Counted from the stretch's first letter, positions 33,896 to 44,949 are shown. The stretch is 64,000 nucleotides of DNA from Mantamonas sphyraenae STR306 (GCA_026936335.1 JAPMXV010000038.1:62001-126000), one strand, 5' to 3'. Notes: generated by a model from the letters alone, not told the origin. Translations and numbers: made by a program.

Positions 33896-34191
33896 ATGGT
33901 AGGTGTTTGGGTGTCGTGTCTGAGAGTGCGTGGCGGAAGGGAGGATTTCTCCGTCTCTTGCCACGACCCTAGAGTCGCACTTGCACACATGGCTAGGGGC
34001 TCACGCTCGGTGTTGTGGCGGCGCAGGCAAAGGGAAAGGGAAAGGCAGTGATTGTAAAGCTTGTGAGCACGGCAGGCACGGGGTTCTTCAAAACCACCAA
34101 GAAGAAGGCGAATGCGCCCAAGTTGGCGCTGAACAAGTACGATCCGGTCGTGCGCCAGCATGTGCTGTTCACAGAGGCCAAGGCCAAGTAA
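33896..34191 (+). CDS. MRPL33: Mitochondrial-type ribosomal protein bL33 (55 aa); exon 1 is only the ATG; intron 33899-34026
   Basis: M|[54 protein letters not shown]; ATG|GTAGGT...GCGCAG. Absent from the ORF track. Confidence 0.92.
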
Positions 34192-34293
34192 ATATGTATT
34201 GCAACGAGGAAGTGCATCCTGCCAAGCAGGAACATGGTGGCATCATCCACCCAGTGTGCCGCGCGTTGGAGGATTGAGCTGGGAAGGCGAGTT

Positions 34294-36442
34294 TCATTTC
34301 TTGGCGGCAACGTACACGTTGATGGTGCCATCGTCTCCAGATGTGAACATGTATGGTTTGGTGGGGTGGAAGCAGACACATCGAACCTCTGTCTCTGAGT
34401 GGTCCTTGAGGACAAGGGTGTTGAGTCCGGTGAGGAGGTCAAAGATGTACACATGACCCGTTTGGGTGGGACTAGCCACGTGGGTGCTGGTGCATGCGTC
34501 CTCCATGAGCAGTTGGTTAGACACATAGCCGTCTGCAGAGTACGAACGCACCTGTTCGAGGGCAAACTCGTCGCCTGCTTCCTCGGGCAGGGTGAGCTTG
34601 TACAGGATGAGCTCGTTAGGCTTACTCAACTCGCCATCTTCGTCCAGTGCGTGGCATCCACGCACCAGCAACAGTCGATGTTTGGTGCTGTCCAGCTTCA
34701 GGCTGCTGGCAAGCAGCGGGCTGTACACAAACTGGATGGAGACGGTGCTGAGGGTGAACACATCGTCAAATGCCTGCAAGAAGGCTTCTTGCTTGAGATC
34801 CAGGATTTTGATGGCATTGTCGGCTGCCATGGCCACCAGCCGCTGGCCGGTGCCTGGGATGAGCGTGACATACGCCGCCACGCTGGTTGTCATGTCGTAC
34901 ACCCACGAGCGTTCGCCTGTGTTGTATGCCCAGTCGTCATCCATGGGATGTTTGTACACGTAGCCGTCTTCCGAGCTGGAGATGAGGTAGTGTTTGCCGT
35001 CCAGCGTCACCGTCTGCAGGCTCAGCGCCTCCTCCGTGTGTCCGCTGAGTTCGTTGTACATGTGACCGGACACCACGTCGAAGCACTTGATGGGAGTGTT
35101 GGGCACAATGCTGTTGTCCTGTTCGTCCATGTCGTACTGCTCCCGGTTCTGACGCACTCCACACGCGTACACATACTTGCTGTTGGGTGACCACGTCACA
35201 TGATAAAACTGCTCAATGTGTTTCTCGTCCGAATCCTGCAACTCTTGCACCAACGAAAAGTCGTCCAGAGCGTAGATGCACACCTGCCCCAAAGACGAGC
35301 AGGCTGCCAGCATCCGTGCGTCTGGAGAGATGGCCATGGAGTAGATGTACCCACGCTGCCGAATGGTTTGCAACAGCGTCAATGGATGCTTCTTGCCCAT
35401 TTCCTGGATGGGTGATGGCACTTCCCCGGAGTAGCTAAAGTTGGCCGGCACCGTCTCGTCAAACGCCGACGACGAGTCCTGCAGGAAGCGATAGGACCAA
35501 GCCCACGTGTCTGGATTGGCCTGTGCCTCCTCTGCAAGCTCTTCGGCCGATGGTGCAGGTGGTGCCTTCTTGATTACATACTCCTGGCCATTCAAGAAAC
35601 GACCCCGTCCCACAACCTCTGCACTTGCCGATGACGACGATGCTGCCACTGCTGCCTCCTCCGCTTCCACCGCTGCAGTTTGGGCCATTGTTGACGCTCG
35701 CTTTGACCGCCGCGGACTCTCCTCTTCCTCCACAGCCATCGAGTCTGGAAATGCGCGCCATCGCACAGGCAAGGTGCTCTCGCAGGTGTCAGCACAACGC
35801 ATACATGGACAACAGGTGGATGCACCACGGACAGCTGAGTCACATCGACAAGGAGACGATGCAACGCGATGGATGATACATGCACAACCACCTGCAAGCA
35901 ACAAACCTGTCAGAGCCTTGGTTGGTGTTTTGGGCCCGTCATTCTCCTGGATGGACATGGAGTTGGACTCTGACGTCAGTGCACGGAGTGTAACGTAACC
36001 GGTGGAGCGCAGTGTCAGTGTTGTGTAAACGCGCATACCCCTGTTTGCAACGGAAAGCGGAAGGTCGCACCCAACACACCTTTCTTTGGCGATTCGGCCT
36101 CTTCCATGGAAGCGGCAATGGCCGCCAACAGCGCCTCTTGCTCTTCATCGTTGGCCACCGCCAGATCGGCTGAGACTGAGAGACATTGGTGCGGGTGTTA
36201 GCGAGAGTCCTCGCAGTGGTGTCGCTTGTGAAAGCGTGTGCGAACGGTGATCACAACGACAAAAGTGGACGTGAAACACCAACCCGGACAACCATGACAC
36301 CATTGGGTGTATCCATGCCCCTACACAGCACCAATGTACTGCTCAAACACATTCACGTACCTTTGCGTCTCGAGTTTCGTCTGGGAGACTTTTGGCGCGG
36401 GCTGCTTCGGGTGCCCTTCCTTGCTTTGCCACCACGCTCCAT
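34294..36442 (-). CDS. WD40-repeat protein with basic N-terminus and a ubiquitin-interacting motif; introns 36176-36360, 35970-36079, 35745-35906
   Basis: Three in-frame phase-1 introns; UIM-like DEEQEALLAAIAASMEE; WD repeats LSGHTEE..., VRCVCFHPTKPYMFTSGDDGTINVY. Confidence 0.8.
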
Positions 36443-36551
36443 GCCAAGACTGAGGTGATTTACAGGAGAAGGGAGGGAGTAAAGTCCAGAAGGTAGGCGA
36501 TGTGTTGGTGTTCCCAGCGCAGCGCATGCCCGACCAACCTGCCCCCCGCCG

Positions 36552-37646
36552 ATGACCAGCACAGAGGACATCCTCGAGATCCAAGCAGGCACCATCGACA
36601 GCTACATCCAGGAATTCGACACCTACGAAGACTATCTCGACTCCCAGGTGACCCCTACCGACCTCTACGTACGTGTGGCCCGCGTGTGGCTCGGGTCTTT
36701 GCGCAACGGCTTTCCGCTCGCCCGCCTCCCAGCTCCCGTCGCCCGTCCACGCACACTCGACCCATGCTGACCACCCAGCTGCCATCACCACCCCACCCAT
36801 CCACCCGAAATCACACCCGACAGTTTCTGGAAGATGAGGTGCTGTGCAGACAGCTTGTAGAGCTGGGCTACCGCGGAAGTGGCGAGAGCATCTCGCGAGC
36901 CGAGTGGGACGAGAAGAAGGCAGCCAGCAGGCAGACAAAGACCAAAGTGACTCGCTCTGTGGGACTGCTCTCCGATGGCAAAGACCTGGAGGACAAGCCA
37001 CTGATGAAGCTGCTGGCACACTTTGAGTCTTCGGTCAAGAGTGGCAAGACGACGGTGAGTGTTGCTCCGGTGTGGGATGGACACACACACACACACACAC
37101 ACACACTGACACACTCGCCTGTGCTGGACATCCTCCACCCTCACACAGATGATCATCTACATCCGCACAGAGAACAGCAAGCACCAGGAGGTGAGCGGGT
37201 ACCTAGACTACGGCGCACGTCTGCAGGCCGAAGGAGAGGACTTTGAACAGTACTTTGACGGGTAAGCATGAGTGGGAGGCATTGTCCACAGAGAAGCAGA
37301 GTGAGAGTGAGTGGGAGTGAGTGTGGGAGAGATTGCTCATCCTCCATCCCCTTCCCCTGCTTCCCCTGCTTCCCCTCGTCCTCGCCTCAGGGAGAAACTC
37401 GTACCAAGCACCAGCGACCTGTCGTACTACAACTTTGCGACGGGACAGTCGTCCAGTGCATCATCCACCAACTTCACTGTGGTCGTCACGTCGTCTGGCC
37501 TGCAGTTCAAGAACAAGCGCGACCGCAAACAGATCAACCTGGATCCCAACTCACCTCCGGGCGACAACAGCAGGCGCATCGAAATCGAAGACCCCGACTA
37601 CCTTCAGGTGGTTGTGTTTGAACACACCACCCGTCGCAAGAACTGA
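36552..37646 (+). CDS. CFAP299: CFAP299, right copy, 3 introns
   Basis: Same exons as the left copy. Confidence 0.88.
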
Positions 37647-37733
37647 TCCCCCCCCAATCACCCAATCACCCAATCACCCAGTGTGCTGTAAATACTAAAT
37701 ACCATTGTTGACCACCACCATCCCTCTCTCTCT

Positions 37734-39671
37734 TCACTCTTCGTCCTGCCACTCTCGCGATAGCGCATGAAAGAAGCCGGACAAGCCCGAGTGCTCCTCA
37801 TTCAGCAGACGCACGCACTCTCGCGTCTCTGCCTCTCCCAGACACAGCACACACAGGTACACGTCGTGCATGGCGTTGTACAGGTGCTCCGGCACACGTC
37901 CCACCTCCCAGTCGTACAGTGACAGGTAAAAGTCTCCCACACTGCCCACCAACGCCAGGTCCCCCACCACGTTGCGCAGCGGTTCGCCCAGCTTCAGTCG
38001 CACATCCACACGGTTGTTCAGCAGATGCATCAGTCTGGCCGCATACACGCTGTTCTCGCTGTGCACCTGCGGCACCTCCTCTCCGGCCTCCTCCAGCCTC
38101 TCCACCACTCTGTCCTCAAACTCCAGCACCTCCGCCTCCCCGTCCACCTCCACCTCCTTCATCAGCTCCTGCATCAGCGGCACCCCTGCGTCAATGCACT
38201 CCAGCGCCGTCCCGTACAACTTGCCTTCGTTGTACACCACACTCAGGTTCACATACGCCGTCGCTCGAAAGTCCCGCAGCTGCGTCGGTTCCCAGCCGCC
38301 CAGGTACCGCTTTGCACGCTTGCACGTGTTCAGCACCTCCACGTACGCATACGACGACCCCGTCAGATAGCCCATGTTGCGCAGTGCCAATCCTTTGTAC
38401 ACACTCATCTGGCAAAACTGCACTGCCATCCCCACGTAGCTTGCCTCCTCCACCCCCACCTCCTCTCCACTCTCCAACTCCTCCTCTGTGATCCGCATAA
38501 ACTCCCCAAACAGGTATGCCCCCACGTATGCTTTGCGATACTGCTTCTTTGCCTCCTTCTGACGTGCCACGCTCTCTGCCACACGCACTGCGTAGGCATA
38601 TCGTGTCTCGTCGTCTCCCAGTTCCTCCCACAGGCCCTCCACACTCACCTGCGGCGTCGAGTCACGTGAACGCGCACGCCGTTGCTTCTCGTAGCAGTGC
38701 GACAGTCCGGCCAGGTAGCACTTGACAAAGCAGTGCCGATACGCCTGGTCGGGCAGGTGCAGTGCGTTGCCCTGGTATTGTTCGTACAGGCTCTGCATCA
38801 CCATCCGTTGTTCGCTCGTGCTGTCTTCAGCAAGGTCCAGTGGCTTGTTCAAGTACACAGGACACGGATGCCGCGGTGTGTACCCAAAGAAGCGCACAAA
38901 CGCTGCCTTCCATGCCGCGTCGCTGTTGCTCAACAGCCGAAACCGCTTGCTCGTCCCTGCCACCCCGTGTGCCAGGTCCTTGTGATCCAGATACGAAAAG
39001 ATGTGTTGCACCACCGCGGCAGGAAGTGCATCAAACCCACTTGCTTGCTTGTGCTTCCTCCTCATCCTCTTTCGGCTGCTGCTGCTCCCCGAGCTCTCCG
39101 TCTCCATTCCTTCCGCCCCCTCCTCCTCCACGTCACCCTCCGACTCTGACTCTGACTGCTTCTGTGCCAGCATCTGCAACTGCTGCAATCGCTGTGCCCC
39201 TTCCTCTCCCGTCCTCGTCGGCAGCCGAAGCGTCACCATGTCCAGCGTGTGCACTCCGCCGTCGCTCCCTCCTCCTCCTCCGTCCCGGTCCCTTCCGCTC
39301 TTTGTCCCACACCACCTTCCCTCCTCCCCAGAGAAGCCCAGACACGTTTCACAGTCTCCACACTCCACCTCCGACTCGCTGCTGCTTCCACTCACGCTCT
39401 CTGTCTCCATCCCTTCCTCCACATGCCTGTTTCCACCCCCTGGACCTTTCTGTCCTGCGGCCGTTTCCTTCCATCCGGTCTTCAAAAAAGCCTCCGTCGC
39501 CCTTCCGCCAACCACCGCACGGCCATACCCACGCCCGCCATGCTCTGTCCTCTTCCCATGCCGTTCCTTGCGACTGTACATCGATGCGTGTGTTTTGGTT
39601 CGTCTCACTTCGCTTCCTCCCAGCGACTCCAGTTCCATCCCGCCGTCTTGAGTTCTCCTACTGCGACGCAT
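37734..39671 (-). CDS. F-box protein, right copy
   Basis: 645 aa; two amino-acid differences noticed versus the left copy (NRY/NRH, RKKH/RRKH). Confidence 0.8.
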   Translation of the reverse strand: MRRSRRTQDGGMELESLGGSEVRRTKTHASMYSRKERHGKRTEHGGRGYGRAVVGGRATEAFLKTGWKETAAGQKGPGGGNRHVEEGMETESVSGSSSESEVECGDCETCLGFSGEEGRWCGTKSGRDRDGGGGGSDGGVHTLDMVTLRLPTRTGEEGAQRLQQLQMLAQKQSESESEGDVEEEGAEGMETESSGSSSSRKRMRRKHKQASGFDALPAAVVQHIFSYLDHKDLAHGVAGTSKRFRLLSNSDAAWKAAFVRFFGYTPRHPCPVYLNKPLDLAEDSTSEQRMVMQSLYEQYQGNALHLPDQAYRHCFVKCYLAGLSHCYEKQRRARSRDSTPQVSVEGLWEELGDDETRYAYAVRVAESVARQKEAKKQYRKAYVGAYLFGEFMRITEEELESGEEVGVEEASYVGMAVQFCQMSVYKGLALRNMGYLTGSSYAYVEVLNTCKRAKRYLGGWEPTQLRDFRATAYVNLSVVYNEGKLYGTALECIDAGVPLMQELMKEVEVDGEAEVLEFEDRVVERLEEAGEEVPQVHSENSVYAARLMHLLNNRVDVRLKLGEPLRNVVGDLALVGSVGDFYLSLYDWEVGRVPEHLYNAMHDVYLCVLCLGEAETRECVRLLNEEHSGLSGFFHALSREWQDEE

Positions 39672-39971
39672 CTCTATCCCGAGTGCTGATCGCTTCGCAC
39701 GTGTGTTTGGTGTGTTCTAAGGTCGGATGTGGGTGGTGTGCTCTGCGTCCAATGTGTGTCGGTGCCACCGAGGAGCCCAGGGTTGAGTTTGGTCGATCGG
39801 CGCAAGGCGCCTTTCGCAAATCACAACAAAACCCGCCGACGCAAAGATCCCGGGCGCCGTAGGAGGTGACACGAGTGAAAAAGCGCCTTTCGCACAGACA
39901 CAGGGGGTGTGGAGGACGAGGGCGAGGACGATGGGTTGGGTGATGCGAAGGCTGTGCCAAGACATCCCGTG

Positions 39972-41246
39972 ATGGAGAACGTTGGCACGTTGGCAGCGCA
40001 GGTTGCGTGTTGGGCTCTTTGCGCACTGGTGTTGCTTGTGGTTGTGCTGTACGTGGTGACGAACTATGTGCAAATGCCAGCGGGGCTGAGTGCAGATGGG
40101 ATCAAGCAGCAAGAAGGGTATGAGGCTGAGTTGAACAAGTGTGTGGCAGAGGTGTGTCCCCGTGGAGTGCGTGCCATGTCGATGGACGGAGGACGGTGGG
40201 TGGAAGCAAACGTGCGTGCAGGAGACAAAGAGGCAATGCGCAGTCTGGCGAAGCACACCCACGAGGTGGAGTTGCTGGACAAGGTGCCAGCGTTGCCGGA
40301 AGAGGTGGAGAGTGTGTTTGCTGTGCGTCGTCGTGCTTGTGTGGTGCACAGTGACGACTGGGCATTGCCTGTGCATGTGGTTGACCATGTGATTGGGGGT
40401 GCAGACACACCGGTGCGTGCGACGGTGTTGATGTTCCACGGGAATCCGACGTGGTCGTTTCTGTGGCGGAAGGTGATCAAGGCGCTGGAGGGTTTAGAGG
40501 CGGCGCAGGGACTGCGTGTGATTGCGCCGGATCTGATGGGCTGTGGATTGAGTGGGAAACCAGACAACGATGCCATGGCCGGGTGTCTGGCGCTGCACGT
40601 GAGTGTGGTGACGAGTGTGGTCAAGGCACTTGGCGTGGACAGCGAGTTGCCCGTGCTGATCATGGGCCAGGACTGGGGAGGACCGACGGTGACAGCTGTG
40701 GCAGCACGACTGGAGGCAGAGACGCAGGTTGCGATCCAGGGAGTGGTGTATGCCAACACAGCGGTGTCTGTGCCCAAGAAGTTCCACAACACATGGTTCC
40801 ACCGGTTCTCACACACAGCCGTGGCTCCGTGGGTGTTCCGTCCCTTCCTGTTCCCCATGCACAACCTGAATGCAGTGCAGGGTGACTCGCATTCGCTGCG
40901 CATTCTGTCTGCAGAGACGCGTGCGTACATGTTTCCGTTCCGAGCACACCGAGACCGTGCGGCACCGTTGGCCATGGCCAAGATGGTGCCCAACACGCCG
41001 ACACACGATTCGTTGGCTGTGTTTGAAATGACCGATGACTGGTTCACTGCGTACAGGGGCGAGTGGCGCGGGGTGTGGGGCACGCGGGATCCGATCCTGG
41101 GCAAGGTGCACTACCGCATGGCCAAGCTGAACAAGGGACCCATTGAGCTGGTGGACACGGCAGGACACTTTCTGCAGGAGCAGTGTCCCGAGCGACTGGC
41201 AGGGGCAGTGGTGGACATCCTGGGTGCGTTGGGAGGGGCAGAGTAA
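39972..41246 (+). CDS. Haloalkane dehalogenase/OleB-like hydrolase, right copy
   Basis: Protein identical to the left copy. Confidence 0.85.
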   Translation: MENVGTLAAQVACWALCALVLLVVVLYVVTNYVQMPAGLSADGIKQQEGYEAELNKCVAEVCPRGVRAMSMDGGRWVEANVRAGDKEAMRSLAKHTHEVELLDKVPALPEEVESVFAVRRRACVVHSDDWALPVHVVDHVIGGADTPVRATVLMFHGNPTWSFLWRKVIKALEGLEAAQGLRVIAPDLMGCGLSGKPDNDAMAGCLALHVSVVTSVVKALGVDSELPVLIMGQDWGGPTVTAVAARLEAETQVAIQGVVYANTAVSVPKKFHNTWFHRFSHTAVAPWVFRPFLFPMHNLNAVQGDSHSLRILSAETRAYMFPFRAHRDRAAPLAMAKMVPNTPTHDSLAVFEMTDDWFTAYRGEWRGVWGTRDPILGKVHYRMAKLNKGPIELVDTAGHFLQEQCPERLAGAVVDILGALGGAE

Positions 41247-41294
41247 ACATCGACGCAGGGATTGCAGAGACACCGAGTGGAGAAGACACAGGGC

Positions 41295-41615
41295 ATGTTG
41301 ACACCGGTGAAGGATGCAGCGATGGAAGGGGAGCGCAGAAAGGCGAGGCAGCTGGATCGGTGGGGCCAGCTGATGTGCTTTGGAGGCACGGTGGTGTTTT
41401 GTGTGGTGGCAGTGCTGTATAGAGAGCCACTGGCTGCGGACAGCACAGGCCTGTCGTGGCCTCTGGAGGTGCCGCTGCTGTTTGCACTTGCGGCAGTGCT
41501 TGTGGTGGCGGCGTTTGTGCGGTGGTACTGGTTTGGTCAAACGGTGCGGAAACCCATTCGCGTGCGGCCGATCAACGCAGTTTTGGAGGAAGACGAGTCG
41601 GAAGATATCCATTGA
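41295..41615 (+). CDS. Small 2-TM hypothetical protein, right copy
   Basis: Same as 28730-29050. Confidence 0.55.
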   Translation: MLTPVKDAAMEGERRKARQLDRWGQLMCFGGTVVFCVVAVLYREPLAADSTGLSWPLEVPLLFALAAVLVVAAFVRWYWFGQTVRKPIRVRPINAVLEEDESEDIH

Positions 41616-42074
41616 GGGAGGGGTGTGGAAGTGTGTGTGGGTGGAGATGAGCTGGAGGAGGGGCAGGGGGAGTGTGGGGAGTGGCTTGCGAGGAGAAACG
41701 GCTAGGACATGGGGTCGAGGAGGAGGATAAAGGGATGGATGGGGCTGGGTTGTGGGGTTGGTGTGTGTACGGTATGGGCTGAGGTGTGACTGTGGGATGT
41801 GGGGAGGGCAGGGTTGGGAGTGGGACGTGGGAGGAGGTTTCGGAGAAGGGAAATGTACTTGCGATCACTGTAAGCAGCACAGGGAATGGTTGAGACTGGA
41901 CGGACGCGTTTGGTCAAGGAGATGGGTGGTTTGCAGGACGTGACGGGGGTCGATGTGTCCTGCAGATGGCTGTGTGGCGATATCAAGTGCTGAAGAAATC
42001 CGAGCTGGTCGCAAGCTGACACACGCTCGTCTTGTGGCTCGGGTCCGCACCCCAGACACTTCCCATCAAACCTA

Positions 42075-42192
42075 ACCAACGTTCAAACACTCCAGAAAGC
42101 ACAGGGTCCCTGCCGAACCCCACCGTTAAGCTGGAGATGGCAGCCGTAGTACTTTGATGGGGGACCTCAAGGGAATTGGCTGTGACGTTGGT
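42075..42192 (+). rRNA. 5S rRNA: 5S rRNA (118 nt), copy 3
   Basis: Same 118-nt sequence, followed by AATTCTCTTTTTGCTCTTTTT. Confidence 0.92.
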
Positions 42193-42429
42193 AATTCTCT
42201 TTTTGCTCTTTTTCACCTCACCATCCTCTTTTTGTTTCCGCATCGTCATGCGCATGCATGGAAGAGTGTATCCACCTCGTCCATCACTTTGCTCGAAGCT
42301 ACATTGCATCGTGGTGACGACGCGACAAACCCAAAGCTGCAGGTGCTGCCTTTCCACTCTCCATCGTCACCCTACACCCCATCGACTCTCCACTTGTATA
42401 CACAGTATCACCCATGCTGTTCATTGTAG

Positions 42430-42917
42430 TCACCTTTTCCGTGTGCGTTGGAAATCCAGGGTGATCTTCAGGTTGATGCAGGCGTAGATCCCCAACGGGA
42501 CAGACACGACAACCAACACAAAGAACACACCACCCAAGAAACTGGAGAACCAGTCACCCGCCCTCAGAAACGTTCTGGTGTCGTGTCGCACATGGGATGT
42601 GAGTTGTGGGGCGACTCCTGCTACCTTTCCTCACTTCCAGCCACGTACAACGTCATTGCGACAACAGGCAGGGCCAGCAGCACATTGATTACCCACCCAG
42701 GGGGGTGTGTACCTGCCAGTCCACGTTTAAACACCGTGAAGCCGATGCCCGCGTCTAGAACGAGCAGAGCCGCAGAGAGGATCTGCATCACGCTGCCCCA
42801 CGCGCCAGGGACAACCAACAGTCCCACCAGGCCAGCAACTCCTTTCAACACGCACATGGCGCTTGCGCGCTGAAGGTCCCTTTGCAGTGGTCCTTCCACG
42901 AACCGTGGCGTGGTCAT
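42430..42917 (-). CDS. Small 4-TM protein, family member B' (mirror of 27430-27916), one intron
   Basis: Near-identical to member B. Confidence 0.7.
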
Positions 42918-43299
42918 GCGTGCCTTTTTCGAATTGCTGTGCCTCGTCAACCGCACCACACCGGTTCTGTCCACATCCTGGTTCGTATGTCACTCGTGAT
43001 GCGGAGGAATGCGCTCCACGCACACCCAAAGTCACGTCTGGGTGCTGGAAGCCGGCATTGAACCTGGCATGAACCCTCGCAATTGTCACCTGTGCTCTCA
43101 TACCACCACACACGGAGCCAAATCCCATCCCCACTGATGTGCCAATCCCTTTTATCACTCCACACCAATCCCGGTGGGAGTCCCAGTGAATGGCTGTGTG
43201 GCGAAATCAAACGCCAAAGAAATCCGAGCTGGTCGCAAGCTGACACAAGCCTTGTCTTGTGGCCCGGGTCCGCACCCCAGACACTTCCCATCAAAACTA

Positions 43300-43417
43300 A
43301 CCAACGTTCAAACACTCCAGAAAGCACAGGGTCCCTGCCGAACCCCACCGTTAAGCTGGAGATGGCAGCCGTAGTACTTTGATGGGGGACCTCAAGGGAA
43401 TTGGCTGTGACGTTGGT
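43300..43417 (+). rRNA. 5S rRNA: 5S rRNA (118 nt), copy 4
   Basis: Same 118-nt sequence, followed by ATTCTCTTTTTTGTTTT. Confidence 0.92.
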
Positions 43418-43423
43418 ATTCTC

Positions 43424-43434
43424 TTTTTTGTTTT
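43424..43434 (+). terminator. Oligo-T RNA polymerase III terminator of 5S copy 4 (equivalents follow all four copies)
   Basis: T6 and T4 runs just after the 5S 3' end. Confidence 0.75.
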
Positions 43435-43559
43435 GCTTCTTTGACCCAATCGTTGAGTATGGCACCTGATGCTATGTATTCCGTGTGCGTAATGTGTTGA
43501 TTATGCCATCCCTCGCAACCACGTCCATCCGTTGGCACCACTGCACAGAAGCAGCAGAT

Positions 43560-44029
43560 CTATCGCCAATCGACGCGGTCAAGCATCATCAACACCGGCA
43601 GAGCAGACAGAAAATTCACAACCACGGAGGAAACAAAGAAGAATCCCCCAACGACAGTCTTGAACCACAATCCGGACCCCAGATACAGTCTGTGCAGTGG
43701 GAGAGTCAGTACGGCGACTTTGCCAAGCCGCCCTTCTCCTCGCCCACTCACTGCACCAAGTTGACCAGAGGAACGGCAGCCAGTATCATGGGGGTCGTCA
43801 CGTGGAACCGGTCACCCGGTTGCGACACTTGAAGGAGCAGATTGCCAATCACTGCGTCGAGAAGGAGCACCATCACGGCATTCAGCTGCGGCGGGTTCCC
43901 CCACACGCCAGGCACAAAGACCAATCCCACCACACCTGCAATTCCCTTCATCACATACGTGGCACCTCCCATCAGGTCCGTACAGCCTGCTTGCGATCCA
44001 GCATGCTGGATTCCGCGTCGAGTTTGCAT
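43560..44029 (-). CDS. Small 4-TM protein, 5S-linked family member C; intron 43690-43751
   Basis: MKGIAGVVGLVFVPGVWG; phase-2 GTGAGT...ACTGAC...CAG intron; exon 2 LYLGSGLWFKTVVGGFFF. Confidence 0.7.
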
Positions 44030-44283
44030 GTTGCCATCGTTTCTCTTTCTCGCACCTGCGCACCTGCGCACCTCCTCCTTTCCTCTCCTCCAACCCACCA
44101 CACAGTTCTCAACCCACCATGTCCCCCACCCACCCCCTCCCCATTTGTGTCACAAATCCCAACCTCTCATGCGCGAGTGCAGCCAGTCCGTCACCACCGT
44201 CGCCCCCCACCCCCTCTCTCCAACCACCCAACCACCCAACCCCATCCCATCTTCACCCCCACACCCCGTTCTCCTTCGCCACA

Positions 44284-44857
44284 ATGTCATCTTCGTCTTC
44301 GGCGTCGTCGTCGAGCAGCAGCCCGACGCAAGCGGGGACCACGACGCAGCAGACGCAACAGCAAGGGGATGGTGATGAGCCCAAGATGAATTGGAACATG
44401 TATCAGAAGAGCACGTTGGGATTGGCGCTCACGGAAGCCCTGGATGAGTTGATTCAGGACGAAAAGGTGGATTCGGAACAAGCAACACGCATCCTGGCAC
44501 ACTACGACATCTGCGTCAACCAGGCACTCAATGATCAGTCTCATGGCATTTCACACAACATCAAGGTACGTTGCATGGCACGCCAGCCTTTGTCTGGGAC
44601 TCGTATGGACGCCCCGAAAGCATGCGCTCGAATCACTCACATTCCGCACTCGTCCTCTGGAACACACACGCTCCCTCTCGCAGGCACACCTCGACCACTA
44701 TCGCAATCTAGACGACGTGTGGAGCTTCAACCTGCGTGACGTGAGTCTCGACGTCGGCCAGGAGGAGCAGTTCAAGGTGGACAAGATCAAGATTGTGGCC
44801 ACCGATGGACGCAGCAAGGAGGAACGAGCCAAACCCAAGCGAAAACAGGGCAAGTAG
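44284..44857 (+). CDS. GTF2A2: Transcription initiation factor IIA gamma (small) subunit; intron 44566-44683
   Basis: YQKSTLGLALTEALDELI, YD..VNQAL, HLDHYR..DDVWSF, VDKIKIVA.D. Confidence 0.92.
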
Positions 44858-44949
44858 GACACACACACACACACACATACACATGCTTCGTTGGCATTCT
44901 CTCCCTGTCCATTTTCTCTCTCTTGTTCTGGCTCTCCATTGCACACTCG

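Larger units (their letters stand above)
36497..43553. repeat. Right arm of ~7.05 kb inverted duplication
   Basis: Reverse complement of 26795-33843 with scattered substitutions and microsatellite length differences. Confidence 0.95.

Noticed and set aside
36175-36186. Apparent ATG at 36186 requiring a frameshift
   Set aside because: Explained by a canonical intron (36176-36360, CTAAC branch, TCTCAG acceptor) from an upstream exon.
26932-43417. The four 118-nt repeats as MITE/transposon termini or CRISPR repeats; ORFs reading NVTANSLEVPHQSTTAAISS across them
   Set aside because: They fold as 5S rRNA with oligo-T terminators; there is no spacer array, and the ORFs are antisense shadows.
26795-43553. 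Palindrome as a giant transposon/Polinton with terminal inverted repeats
   Set aside because: No transposase, integrase, polymerase or capsid gene; the spacer holds housekeeping genes; no target-site duplication seen.
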